64,000 bases of DNA, taken from contig CAKPBJ010000005.1 of assembly GCA_934140575.1 (NCBI GenBank), positions 19,385 through 83,384 of the forward strand, given 5' to 3'. The stretch is from an uncultured Bacilli bacterium. GTDB lineage: Bacteria > Bacillota_I > Bacilli_A > RF39 > UBA660. Position numbers and translations under genes: made by a program. The notes beneath the pieces are model-generated. The model was not told the origin of the DNA. It made no database searches and saw only the letters and a program-made list of their open reading frames with translations. Within the stretch, counting starts at the first letter, position 1; each line of letters begins with the position of its first letter. This document shows positions 29,312 through 39,079 of this stretch, piece after piece.

Positions 29312-30080
29312 AGAGAAAGAATTAAAAGAAAAGACTAAAAATAAATCTAAATCTAAGTTAAAAGAATCAATTAATAAAGAAATTGTTGATGTAGAAGACA
29401 TTGAAGATGATAAAGATATTACTAAAATAAAAGATTATGTTGAAAAAGGTAAAGTTAGAAAGACAACTAAAGAAAATAAAAATGGTGAAGAAAAAGCATT
29501 ATTTATTAAGAGATTAATTGCATTTTGTATAGATATGGTTATTATTTCTTTTATTGCTAGTTTACTTTCAATGCCATTTATAGATTCTAAGGCAATTACT
29601 GAATTACAAGATAAACAATTTAGTAGTTATGAAAAATATTCTAAACAGGAAATTAATTATGAGGAATATTTAATTGAATTTTCTGATATTTCTTATAAAT
29701 TAGCTAGAGAAGAAGGTATTGTATCAATAATTACTATATTATTAGTTATTGTATATTTTGTAGTTTATCAATTAAAGAATAATGGTCAAACATTTGGAAA
29801 GAAATTAATGAAAATTAAAATTATATCTGATGATGGTGAATTAAATACTAATCAGATGATTTTTAGAACATTTATAACTGATTATTTATTACTTTATATT
29901 ATTTCATTTATTTTTATGTTATTCTTATCTAAGAGTAATTATTATAGTTGTGTTGCTATATTTAGTGGATTACAGTTTATAGTATTAGTTGTATCTTGTT
30001 TTATGATTATGTTTAGAGAAGATGGTCGTGGAGTGCAAGATGTTTTATGCAAGACTAGAGTTATAAATGTAAGTGAATAA
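29304..30080 (+). CDS. RDD-family membrane protein with Lys-rich N-terminal tail
   Basis: Three TM segments with conserved R...D...D positions (KRLIAFCID...; REDGRGVQD). The ATG at 29304 follows AAGGAGG. Confidence 0.6.
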   Translation: MAKEKELKEKTKNKSKSKLKESINKEIVDVEDIEDDKDITKIKDYVEKGKVRKTTKENKNGEEKALFIKRLIAFCIDMVIISFIASLLSMPFIDSKAITELQDKQFSSYEKYSKQEINYEEYLIEFSDISYKLAREEGIVSIITILLVIVYFVVYQLKNNGQTFGKKLMKIKIISDDGELNTNQMIFRTFITDYLLLYIISFIFMLFLSKSNYYSCVAIFSGLQFIVLVVSCFMIMFREDGRGVQDVLCKTRVINVSE

Positions 30081-30098
30081 AGAAAGAGGAGTGATTAT

Positions 30099-31994
30099 AT
30101 GAGAGAATTAACTGAACAAGAAGTTGTTAGAAGAGAAAAAGCAGAAAGATTAAGGGAACTTGGATTAGATCCATTTGGACATAGATATGATAGGGATAGT
30201 TTTGCTAAGGATATAAAAGAAAAATATGCTAATGTTGACCATGATGCATTTGAAAATATGGATGATACTGCTAGAGTAGTTGGAAGAATTATGTTTATTA
30301 GAAAAATGGGAAAAGCATCATTTTTTACTATTCAAGATAAGACAGGTACTATTCAAGTATATATTTCTATAAATGATATTGGTGAAGATAATTATAATTT
30401 ATTTAAGACTGCTGATATTGGAGATATTGTTGGTGTATATGGAAAAATTATGAAAACTAAGACTGGTGAGGTTACTATTAAGTGTTTAGAGTATACTCAT
30501 TTAGTTAAAGCACTTAGACCATTACCTGAAAAATTCCATGGATTAACAGATAAAGAGGAAAGATATAGAAGAAGATACGTTGATTTAATAATGAATGAAG
30601 AGTCACGTAAGGTTGCCTTTTTAAGACCAAAAATTATTAGATGTATTCAAAATTATTTAGATGGACAAGGCTTTGTTGAAGTAGAAACTCCAGTTTTATC
30701 TACTTTGCTTACTGGTGCTTCTGCAAGACCATTTACTACTCATCATAATGCACAAGATTTGGATATGTATTTAAGAATTGCTTTAGAATTACCTTTAAAG
30801 AGATTATTAGTTGGTGGAATGGAAGCAGTTTATGAAATTGGTAGAGTATTTAGAAATGAAGGAATGGATTTAAGACATAATCCGGAATTTACTGAGTTAG
30901 AAGCATATTTAGCTTATTCTGATTTAAATGGTATGATGGATTTAACTGAGGGTATGTTTACTAAAATTGCTCGTGATGTAGTTGGTAAAATGGATTATAC
31001 TTTCTATGGTCATAATATAAATCTTGAAGGTCCATGGAAAAGAATTAGTATGGTTGATGCTATTAAAGAACAAACTGGAATTGACTTTAAAAAAGATTTA
31101 TCTATAGAAGAATGTTTAAAATTAGCTGAAGAACATGGTATTGAAGTTCAAGAACATGAAAAGAGTTTTGGGCATATTGTTAACTTGTTCTTTGAAAAAT
31201 ATGTTGAAGAAACTTTAATTCAACCAACATTCTTATATGGTCATCCAATTGAAATTTCTCCACTTACTAAAAAGAATCCAGATGATCCTAGATTTGTTGA
31301 CAGATTTGAATTGTTTATTGGTGGAAAAGAATTTGCTAATGCGTATACTGAATTAAATGATCCAATTGATCAACTTGAAAGATTTGAGGCTCAACTTGCT
31401 GAGAGGGATTTAGGAAATGATGAGGCAAATGATATTGATTATGATTTCGTTGAAGCTTTAGAGTATGGTATGCCTCCTGCAGGTGGTATTGGTTATGGAA
31501 TTGATAGACTTGTTATGCTATTTACTGAGCAAGATTCAATTCGTGATGTATTATTATTCCCTACAATGAAAGAAAGAGGAAATATTAATAATATTAATAA
31601 TAAGAAAAAAGAACAAATTGATTTTTCTAATGTAGTAATAGAACCATTATTTAAAGATGAAGTAGATTTTGATACTTTTTCTAAATCAGATTTTAGAGTA
31701 GTAAAAGTAAAAGATTGTACCGCTGTTGAAAAGTCAAATAAATTACTAAAGTTTGTTCTTGACGATGGAACAGAAGAAGATAGAGTTATATTATCTGGAA
31801 TTCATAATTATTATGAACCTGAAGAATTAGTTGGAAAGACTTGTATTGCAATTACTAATTTACCACCTCGTAAAATGATGGGAATTTATTCTTGTGGAAT
31901 GCTAATTAGTGCAGTTCATGAAGAGTGTGGTGAAGAAAGATTACATTTATTAATGGTTGATGATTCAATTCCAGCAGGTGCAAAATTATATTAA
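30099..31994 (+). CDS. lysS: Lysyl-tRNA synthetase (class II) fused to C-terminal Trbp111/EMAP-II-like tRNA-binding domain
   Basis: OB anticodon domain and class II motifs (FRNEG, GGIGYGIDRL). Residues ~509-631 match the MetRS/CsaA tRNA-binding domain (DFRVVKV..KLLKF.LD.G...R.ILSGI......ELVGK....I.NL.PRKMMG..S.GM). Confidence 0.93.
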   Translation: MRELTEQEVVRREKAERLRELGLDPFGHRYDRDSFAKDIKEKYANVDHDAFENMDDTARVVGRIMFIRKMGKASFFTIQDKTGTIQVYISINDIGEDNYNLFKTADIGDIVGVYGKIMKTKTGEVTIKCLEYTHLVKALRPLPEKFHGLTDKEERYRRRYVDLIMNEESRKVAFLRPKIIRCIQNYLDGQGFVEVETPVLSTLLTGASARPFTTHHNAQDLDMYLRIALELPLKRLLVGGMEAVYEIGRVFRNEGMDLRHNPEFTELEAYLAYSDLNGMMDLTEGMFTKIARDVVGKMDYTFYGHNINLEGPWKRISMVDAIKEQTGIDFKKDLSIEECLKLAEEHGIEVQEHEKSFGHIVNLFFEKYVEETLIQPTFLYGHPIEISPLTKKNPDDPRFVDRFELFIGGKEFANAYTELNDPIDQLERFEAQLAERDLGNDEANDIDYDFVEALEYGMPPAGGIGYGIDRLVMLFTEQDSIRDVLLFPTMKERGNINNINNKKKEQIDFSNVVIEPLFKDEVDFDTFSKSDFRVVKVKDCTAVEKSNKLLKFVLDDGTEEDRVILSGIHNYYEPEELVGKTCIAITNLPPRKMMGIYSCGMLISAVHEECGEERLHLLMVDDSIPAGAKLY

Positions 31995-32024
31995 AAAAAT
32001 AGCTAAATGTGATACATAATTTTT

Positions 32025-32058
32025 AGAACAAAATTTCTGATGATTTTGTTCTTTTTTT
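32025..32058 (+). terminator. Intrinsic terminator after lysS
   Basis: 10-bp stem agaacaaaat/attttgttct followed by T7. Confidence 0.85.
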
Positions 32059-32138
32059 CACAAAAATTTCATAAAAATAAATTGTAAATGCTTGTAAAAT
32101 AAGGACATAGTAGTTATAATTATTATGGGAGGTTAATT

Positions 32139-33722
32139 ATGAAAAAACATAATACAGTGAAAGTCGTTCTTATAGTTCTACTATTATTCTTAGTGTTGTC
32201 TTGGATATTACCTGCTGCATATTATTCAAGTCAATACGTAGATCAAGGACGCGTTCAAATGGGATTATTTGATTTAGTTAATTATCCATTTACTTCATTA
32301 TCATATTTTGGATATATTGCTTTATTCTTAATCCTAGTTGGAGGTTTTTATGGGGTTTTAAATAAAATTCCTGCTTATCATAATTACTTAGAAAGAATGG
32401 TAAGTAAATTTAAGGGTAAGGAATATTTAGTTTTAGCTATTATTTCAATTGTTTTAGCTTTTGGTGTTTCTATTTGTGGATTACAAATTGCATTCGCTTT
32501 ATTTATTCCTTTAATTGTTAGTCTTATTTTCCTTATGGGATATGATAAGATTGTTGCAGCTTTAGTTATTGTTGGTTCAATGACAGTAGGATTTGCTGGT
32601 AGTACTTATGCTACATCAAATGTTAATACACTTGTTAGTGCTTTAAGTCTTAGTACTGATTATCAAATAGGTGTTAGATTTGTTATTTTAGTTGTAGGTA
32701 CTGTATTAGTATTATTTAATACTATTATGTATATCAAAAAACATAAAACAGCAGAAGTATCTACTAAAGATGAAAAAGTAAAAGAAGAAGTAATCGAAGT
32801 TAAAGATGTTGTAGAAGAAGATACAACAAGTACAAAGAAAGCTACTTCTAAAAAGGCTACTAAGTCAACAAAAACTAGTAGTAAAACAACTAAGGGTACT
32901 TCTAAAAAATCTACTACAAAGAAAACAACTAAAAAGAATGCAAATAAGGCAGCTGTAATTGCTGAAGATGTTATTGCAGTAAATACAAATACTAAAAAGG
33001 CTAATGTTTGGCCATTCCATGTATTCTTTAGTTTGTTATTTATCTTAATGGTATTAGCATTTATTCCTTGGAGTGATGCTTTTGGAGTTAAAGCATTTAC
33101 TAATGCAACTACTTCAGTTACTGAATTTAAGATTTTTGGATTTGCTTTATTTGGTAAGTTATTAGGAACAGTTAATGCATTTGGTTCATGGACACTAGTT
33201 GATTTACTTTTACCAATATTAGTAGTTATTGTTTTATTAGCTATTATTTACAAGGTAAAATTTGATGATGTGTTTGATGGATTTATTGATGGAGCTAAAA
33301 AAGCTTTATTACCAGCTGTAATTGTTTTATTACTATATTCAATTTTAGTATTAGTAACATATCATCCATATCAATTAACTATTTATAAGGCAATTATAGG
33401 AAGTAAGTTTAATGTTGTTACAACTTCAATTGTTGCAATATTATCAAGTTTCTTTAACTTTGAAGCTTCTTATGTATTCCAAAGTGTATTACCATATTAT
33501 ACAAGTGTAATTACTAACACAGCTAACTATCCATTAGTTGGAGTTATTTTCCAATCTATGTATGGTTTAACTATGTTAGTTGCTCCAACAAGTTTAATCT
33601 TAATGGCAGTATTATCATACTTAAATGTATCTTATGGACAATGGTTAAAGAACGTATGGAAATTATTATTAGAATTCTTTATAATTTTATTAATTATTTT
33701 CATAATCTTAGCTTTAATATAG
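32139..33722 (+). CDS. Polytopic membrane transporter, YfcC/DcuC-like (tentative)
   Basis: More than 10 TM segments. The N-terminus resembles the YfcC family. Has a Lys/Ser/Thr-rich cytoplasmic insert (residues ~205-275). Confidence 0.5.
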   Translation: MKKHNTVKVVLIVLLLFLVLSWILPAAYYSSQYVDQGRVQMGLFDLVNYPFTSLSYFGYIALFLILVGGFYGVLNKIPAYHNYLERMVSKFKGKEYLVLAIISIVLAFGVSICGLQIAFALFIPLIVSLIFLMGYDKIVAALVIVGSMTVGFAGSTYATSNVNTLVSALSLSTDYQIGVRFVILVVGTVLVLFNTIMYIKKHKTAEVSTKDEKVKEEVIEVKDVVEEDTTSTKKATSKKATKSTKTSSKTTKGTSKKSTTKKTTKKNANKAAVIAEDVIAVNTNTKKANVWPFHVFFSLLFILMVLAFIPWSDAFGVKAFTNATTSVTEFKIFGFALFGKLLGTVNAFGSWTLVDLLLPILVVIVLLAIIYKVKFDDVFDGFIDGAKKALLPAVIVLLLYSILVLVTYHPYQLTIYKAIIGSKFNVVTTSIVAILSSFFNFEASYVFQSVLPYYTSVITNTANYPLVGVIFQSMYGLTMLVAPTSLILMAVLSYLNVSYGQWLKNVWKLLLEFFIILLIIFIILALI

Positions 33723-33730
33723 TTAGTGAA

Positions 33731-33754
33731 AGGAGTCGAAAGACTTCTTTTTTT
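33731..33754 (+). terminator. Intrinsic terminator
   Basis: aggagtc/gacttct stem with a GAAA loop, followed by T7. Confidence 0.75.
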
Positions 33755-33835
33755 GTGTAGTTTTGTATGTTTTTTTGTCTTGATATTTATTGCTTGTATT
33801 TTTATATGATTATAAAATTATATTGAGGTGATTAT

Positions 33836-35836
33836 TTGAAATCAAATTTCAGTGATGAAGTTTTAGATATAATAAATTGTGCAAAAAAAGAAATGATGAA
33901 TTTAAAACATCCATATGTTGGTACTGAACATCTTTTGCTTGCTCTTTTGAAGTGTAACAGTTGTATTGCATCTAGTATATTAGATACATATGGTGTTGAT
34001 TATATAAAATTTAAGGATGAGATTATTAAAATTATTGGAATTGGTTCTAAGAAGAGTAATTGGTATCTCTTTACACCCTTATTAAAGTCAGTTCTTAATA
34101 ATTCTTTTAATTATACAAGATATTGTAAGAATAGTGTTGATTGTTTGTTTTATTCTTTAATAAATGGTGGAGATGGAGTCGCTATTAGATTACTTTTAGG
34201 AATGAATATTAATTTTTGTGATATAAGAAAGCAGTTAAATGTATTTGAGTATAAGAACGATTATGGCGATTATATCAAATATATTGGTAATAGTATAAAT
34301 ACTTACATAAAAGAAGATGAATCTGATAACTATGTTGTATATAAAAGAGATAAAGAGTTATCTTTAATCGAACAAATTCTTTTAAAAAAAGAAAGAAATA
34401 ATATTTTATTAATAGGTCCTGCTGGTGTCGGTAAGACTGCAATTGTATATGACTTTGTTAGGAAAATAAATGATTGTGTTGTATCTAATAGACTTACTGA
34501 TTTAAAAATATATAATTTATCAATGGCTAGCTTAGTTTCTGGTACTAAATATCGAGGTGAGTTTGAAGAAAAATTTATTTCAATTTTAGATTATGTTGCG
34601 AAAAAAAACAATATAGTACTTTTTATTGACGAATTTCATTCAGTGATAAATGCTGGTGCGGCTGAAGGAGCAGTAGATGCTTGTAATATTATGAAGCCTT
34701 ATTTATCAAGTGGAAAAATAAGAGTAATAGCTGCTACTACTGATGAGGAATACGAAATGTATTTGAAGAATGATAAAGCTATGCTTAGAAGATTTCAAGT
34801 TGTCAGGATAAATGAACTTTGTAAGACTGATGTATTATATATACTTAATCATATAGTTAATTTATATGAAGATTATTTTAATGTTACTATTTCTAAGGAA
34901 ATTTTAGAATATATTCTTGATGTTTCATATAGTTTTTATGGGTATTTATACCAGCCTGATTCTGTTATTGATTTTTTGGATAATGTATGTTCTAGAAAAG
35001 TGTTTTGTTGTGATAATAATGATATTATGTATAGGAACGAATTAAATATTTTATATAAAAAGTATGATCAATTAATTCTTAATAATGATAGTGATTATTT
35101 AAAAGTTAATGAACAAATAAAGAAGTGTGAGAGTAAATATTATGAGAAAAAATTATGTTCTAATAATAAAAGGCAACATATAAGTGTATTAGATGTTAAT
35201 GACACATTGGAGATACTTACAGGCATACCTTTGGGTAATATATTAGTTAAAAATATTAGTTTGACAAAATCAAATTTACTAAAAAAATATTTTTGGGAAA
35301 AGAAAAGTATTAGTAATCTTTGCAATTTATTTGTGGATATTTTTAATGGTTTAAAAAATACTAAGCATATTTTGTTAGTTGGTAAGGATAAATTATTTAT
35401 AAAGAAAATATTTATTGAATTTTTGGATTCTATATTTAATAATTATAATTTGATTATTGTTGATAAAATTGGTGAAATAGATGATGATAAGATATCAAGT
35501 ATTAGTACTAATCCTTTAAATTTTATTGTATGTAATTTTAAAAAGTCAGAAAATTTTATAAATAAAGTGTTAAATATGAAGAAATATGGTTTTTGTCAAT
35601 TTATTTATATATGTAATGATTATAAGATGGGTTTTGTAGATTTTGATTATTCCTTATATGATTATGTATGTAAGTTTGACAATCTTACTTTAGAGAATGC
35701 TAAGAGATATATATTAGATAGAATTTCTAACTCTAAAATAGCTATTGATTATGATGAGATACTTACTAAGGTTGATGATAATAATTTAAGTTTTTCTTAT
35801 ATTGATTCGTTATGTTGTAGGTATTTGGATATTTAA
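33836..35836 (+). CDS. ClpC-like AAA+ protein: Clp_N + intact D1, degenerate D2
   Basis: Clp_N repeat (HPYVGTEHLLLALL). D1 has Walker A GPAGVGKT and Walker B LFIDEFH. The C-terminal half shows no GxxGxGKT and no acidic Walker B (HILLVGKDKLF, LIIVDKIGE). TTG start after GAGGTGA. Confidence 0.7.
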   Translation: MKSNFSDEVLDIINCAKKEMMNLKHPYVGTEHLLLALLKCNSCIASSILDTYGVDYIKFKDEIIKIIGIGSKKSNWYLFTPLLKSVLNNSFNYTRYCKNSVDCLFYSLINGGDGVAIRLLLGMNINFCDIRKQLNVFEYKNDYGDYIKYIGNSINTYIKEDESDNYVVYKRDKELSLIEQILLKKERNNILLIGPAGVGKTAIVYDFVRKINDCVVSNRLTDLKIYNLSMASLVSGTKYRGEFEEKFISILDYVAKKNNIVLFIDEFHSVINAGAAEGAVDACNIMKPYLSSGKIRVIAATTDEEYEMYLKNDKAMLRRFQVVRINELCKTDVLYILNHIVNLYEDYFNVTISKEILEYILDVSYSFYGYLYQPDSVIDFLDNVCSRKVFCCDNNDIMYRNELNILYKKYDQLILNNDSDYLKVNEQIKKCESKYYEKKLCSNNKRQHISVLDVNDTLEILTGIPLGNILVKNISLTKSNLLKKYFWEKKSISNLCNLFVDIFNGLKNTKHILLVGKDKLFIKKIFIEFLDSIFNNYNLIIVDKIGEIDDDKISSISTNPLNFIVCNFKKSENFINKVLNMKKYGFCQFIYICNDYKMGFVDFDYSLYDYVCKFDNLTLENAKRYILDRISNSKIAIDYDEILTKVDDNNLSFSYIDSLCCRYLDI

Positions 35837-35904
35837 TATATTTTTAATTATTAATTTTGTTATTTTTTTGTTATAATATATTCATATTAAACAGAGGTGA
35901 TATT

Positions 35905-37296
35905 ATGAAATTATATAATACTTTAAGTAGAAAGATTGAGGAGTTTGTTCCTAATGAGAAAGGTATTGTTAAGTTATATACTTGTGGGCCTACTGTTTAT
36001 CATTATGCTCATATTGGTAATATAAGGAATTATATTGGTCATGATATTTTAGATAAGACACTTAGATACTTAGGATATGGTGTTACTCGTGCGATGAATA
36101 TTACTGATGTTGGTCATTTAACAAGTGATTCAGATTCTGGTGAAGATAAGATGGAAGTTGCTAGAAAAAGAGAACATAAGTCTTCAATGGAAATAGCTAA
36201 ATTTTATACTGATGCTTTTTTTAAAGATTTTTCATTAGTAAATTGTCGTATGCCAGAAATTGTATCTCCTGCTACTGATAATATTGACATGTATATTAAA
36301 ATTATTTCTACACTTTTAGATAAAGGATATGCTTATATATCTGGGGGAAATGTTTATTTTGATATTAGTAAATTAAATGATTACTATGTTTTAACGAATC
36401 ATCAAGAAGATGATTTGGTTGTAGGAGCTAGGGAAGGTGTTGAAGAAGACTCGAATAAGCGTAATCAAGCAGATTTTGCTTTGTGGTTTACAACTTCTAA
36501 ATTTGAAAATCATGAATTATTATGGGATTCTCCATGGGGATTAGGATATCCTGGTTGGCATATAGAATGTAGTGGTATTTCTATAAAATATTTGGGAGAA
36601 TATTTAGATATTCACGGTGGTGGAGTTGATAATATTTTTCCACATCATACTAATGAGATTGCTCAGAGCGAATCGTATTTAGGACATAAGTGGTGTAATT
36701 ATTGGTTTCATAATGAACATTTATTAGATAAATCAGGTAAAATGAGTAAATCTAAGGGAGCAATTTTGACGGTTACTACTTTGAAAGAAAAAGGATATGA
36801 TCCGCTAGCGTTTAGATTTATGTGTTTAAATTCTCATTATCGAAAACAGCTTGTATTTTCATATGATGCTTTAGAACAAGCAAATAATACTTTGAAAAAA
36901 TTACGAAATAAGATTAAAAAATTTAGTTCTACTGATGGGGTAGATAATGATAAGTTTAGATATTATAACGATAAGTTTATTTGTGAGTTAGAAAACGATT
37001 TAAATACGGCTAATGCAATTACTGTTTTATATGATTTAATTAAAGATGATACGGTTAATGGAAGTACTAAACTTGAGCTTGTTAAATCTTTTGATAAGGT
37101 ATTGTCTTTGAATTTGATTTCTGAAGAAAATTTTTCTGAAGATATAGAAGATTATATAAAAGAAAAAATAAAAGAAAGGTCTGATGCAAAAAAGAATAAA
37201 GATTTTGCAAAAGCAGATTCTATTAGAGATGAATTACTTGATAAAGGTATTAAATTAATTGATACTCGTGAGGGAACAACATATGAATTATTATAA
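35905..37296 (+). CDS. cysS: Cysteinyl-tRNA synthetase
   Basis: CGPTVYHYAHIGN (HIGH), KMSKS and WHIECS motifs. Confidence 0.95.
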   Translation: MKLYNTLSRKIEEFVPNEKGIVKLYTCGPTVYHYAHIGNIRNYIGHDILDKTLRYLGYGVTRAMNITDVGHLTSDSDSGEDKMEVARKREHKSSMEIAKFYTDAFFKDFSLVNCRMPEIVSPATDNIDMYIKIISTLLDKGYAYISGGNVYFDISKLNDYYVLTNHQEDDLVVGAREGVEEDSNKRNQADFALWFTTSKFENHELLWDSPWGLGYPGWHIECSGISIKYLGEYLDIHGGGVDNIFPHHTNEIAQSESYLGHKWCNYWFHNEHLLDKSGKMSKSKGAILTVTTLKEKGYDPLAFRFMCLNSHYRKQLVFSYDALEQANNTLKKLRNKIKKFSSTDGVDNDKFRYYNDKFICELENDLNTANAITVLYDLIKDDTVNGSTKLELVKSFDKVLSLNLISEENFSEDIEDYIKEKIKERSDAKKNKDFAKADSIRDELLDKGIKLIDTREGTTYELL

Positions 37297-37320
37297 GATT
37301 AGTTTTTCTAATCTTTTTCT
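37296..37320 (+). terminator. Intrinsic terminator/attenuating hairpin after cysS
   Basis: agattag/ctaatct stem followed by T5. Confidence 0.65.
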
Positions 37321-37346
37321 TATGTTATAATATGTGTGGTGATTTT

Positions 37347-37739
37347 ATGAATGTATTAGAAATTAATGTATTAGTGTTAGCATATTTAGGCGATACAATA
37401 TATGAAAATTTTGTTAGAAAATATTTAATTAATAGAGGAATTGGTAATGTTAATGCTTTGCAAAAAGAGGCAGTTAAATATGTTAGTGCTAAGGCACAAG
37501 CTAGTTATTTAAAGAAGATGATGGATGTTTGCTTTTTAAGTGAAGAAGAATTAGATGTTGTTAAGAGAGCTAGAAATTATAAAACTACTTCTCATCCAAA
37601 AAATTGTGATATTATAACTTATAAGTATGCTACTGGTTTGGAAGCATTAATTGGATATTTGAATTTAAAATGTGAAAATGAAAGAATAGGAGAAATAATG
37701 AAATTTATTTTAGGTGATGAATATGTTAGTATATGGTAG
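37347..37739 (+). CDS. mrnC: Mini-ribonuclease III
   Basis: LAYLGDTIYE and ATGLEALIGYL RNase III-like motifs. Conserved cysS-mrnC-rlmB order. Confidence 0.8.
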   Translation: MNVLEINVLVLAYLGDTIYENFVRKYLINRGIGNVNALQKEAVKYVSAKAQASYLKKMMDVCFLSEEELDVVKRARNYKTTSHPKNCDIITYKYATGLEALIGYLNLKCENERIGEIMKFILGDEYVSIW

Positions 37740-38421
37740 AAATGTAGCGAAAGATTTATTAAAAAAAGGTAAAAAGATAGAAAAAATTTATTTGCAGGAT
37801 AATTTTAGTGACAAAGAAGTAATTTCACTAATAGAAAATCAAAAAATTAAGGTTAAACGTTTACAAAAACGTGAAATTGACAATTTGTGTTCTGGCGTAC
37901 ATCAAGGTATACTCTTATTTGTTCCGGATTATGAATATACAGATTTTAATAGTTTTCTAAAAAATAATGAGGAAAAAGTTGTATTACTTGATCATATTGA
38001 AGATCCTCATAATTTAGGAGCTATTATTAGAACTTGTGAAGCTGCAGGTATTAAATCAATTATTATTCCAAAAGATAGACAGGTACAAGTTAATGCTACT
38101 GTAATGAAAGTCAGCGTTGGTACTTTGGATAATGTAAATGTTATTCAAGTTACTAATTTATCTAATACTATTGACAAGCTAAAGGATAATGGTTATTGGA
38201 TTGTTGGTACAGCACTTGAAAATAGTGTTGATTATAGAGATATTGACTATAATGGTAAAATTGCTCTTATTGTTGGAAATGAGGGTTCAGGAATATCTAA
38301 TTTAGTTATGAAAAAATGTGATTTTATTGCAAAAATACCAATGTATGGCACTACTAATAGTTTAAATGCTAGTGTAGCAGCTGGAATAATGATTTATGAA
38401 ATGATCCGTAATAGAAAGTAG
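37723..38421 (+). CDS. rlmB: 23S rRNA (guanosine2251-2'-O)-methyltransferase, SpoU/TrmH family
   Basis: DPHNLGAIIRT, VGNEGSGI and SLNASVAAGI motifs. The start is ambiguous (37714/37717/37723). Confidence 0.85.
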   Translation: MLVYGRNVAKDLLKKGKKIEKIYLQDNFSDKEVISLIENQKIKVKRLQKREIDNLCSGVHQGILLFVPDYEYTDFNSFLKNNEEKVVLLDHIEDPHNLGAIIRTCEAAGIKSIIIPKDRQVQVNATVMKVSVGTLDNVNVIQVTNLSNTIDKLKDNGYWIVGTALENSVDYRDIDYNGKIALIVGNEGSGISNLVMKKCDFIAKIPMYGTTNSLNASVAAGIMIYEMIRNRK

Positions 38422-38426
38422 GGTAT

Positions 38427-39017
38427 ATGGATTATAAAAAATATAATGATTATGAATTAATTTCAATGGTATGTGAAAATGACGAGGACTCATATTATTC
38501 ACTTTTTAGTAAATATGAGCCGATTATTAAAAGTATAGCACAAGAGTTTTATCGAAAGTATAATTGCTATGGTGCTGATTATGAGGATTTTATACAAGAG
38601 GGATATTTAGGTTTTCAAGATGCTATAAGTAATTATGATTCTAATAAGGGAGCTTTATTTTATACTTTTGCTAATCTTTGTATAAGAAGACATCTTCTTT
38701 CATTTGTTAAGAAGATTAGTGCAATTAAGAAAAATAATAATACTAATTTGTTTTTACCTATAGATGAATTTGATATTATTGATGATAATATTAATATTGA
38801 TTCTTATGTTGATTATTCTGATGTATTTAATATTGTTAAGGATACAATTTATTCTTTAAAATTAGACTATAGTGCTCCTTTTGAACTTAGAATGAATAAT
38901 TTTACTTATAAGGAGATAAGTATATTACTTGATGTTCCTATATCTTCTATTGATTATAAAATAAAATATGTACGTAAACATTTGAAGAATGAGCTAAGAA
39001 AATTAGATAATCGGTAA
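38427..39017 (+). CDS. sigH: RNA polymerase sigma-H factor
   Basis: FIQEGYLGFQDAISNYD...FYTFANLCIRRHLLSFVKK parallels B. subtilis SigH IVQEGMIGLYKSIRDF...FKAFAELCITRQIITAIK. Position after rlmB. Confidence 0.8.
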   Translation: MDYKKYNDYELISMVCENDEDSYYSLFSKYEPIIKSIAQEFYRKYNCYGADYEDFIQEGYLGFQDAISNYDSNKGALFYTFANLCIRRHLLSFVKKISAIKKNNNTNLFLPIDEFDIIDDNINIDSYVDYSDVFNIVKDTIYSLKLDYSAPFELRMNNFTYKEISILLDVPISSIDYKIKYVRKHLKNELRKLDNR

Positions 39018-39079
39018 TTTTAAAATTGTGTTTTATTAAAATTTGATTTACAATTGTATTAGGATAGGATGGTTTTAAT

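Noticed and set aside
5252-37346. N-terminal extensions given by the ORF track for tadA (5252), ricT (9559), yabB-like (10322), pth (11924), metG (16772), yabP (23443), divIC (24106), tilS (24350), mscL (27798), RDD (29283), cysS (35857), mrnC (32 nt of extra 5' sequence) and also rplK (40977) and rplJ (42317).
   Set aside because: In each case an internal ATG or GTG lies 5-9 nt downstream of a GGAGG-like RBS and matches the conserved N-terminus of the family. The extensions overlap upstream genes, RNAs or leaders.
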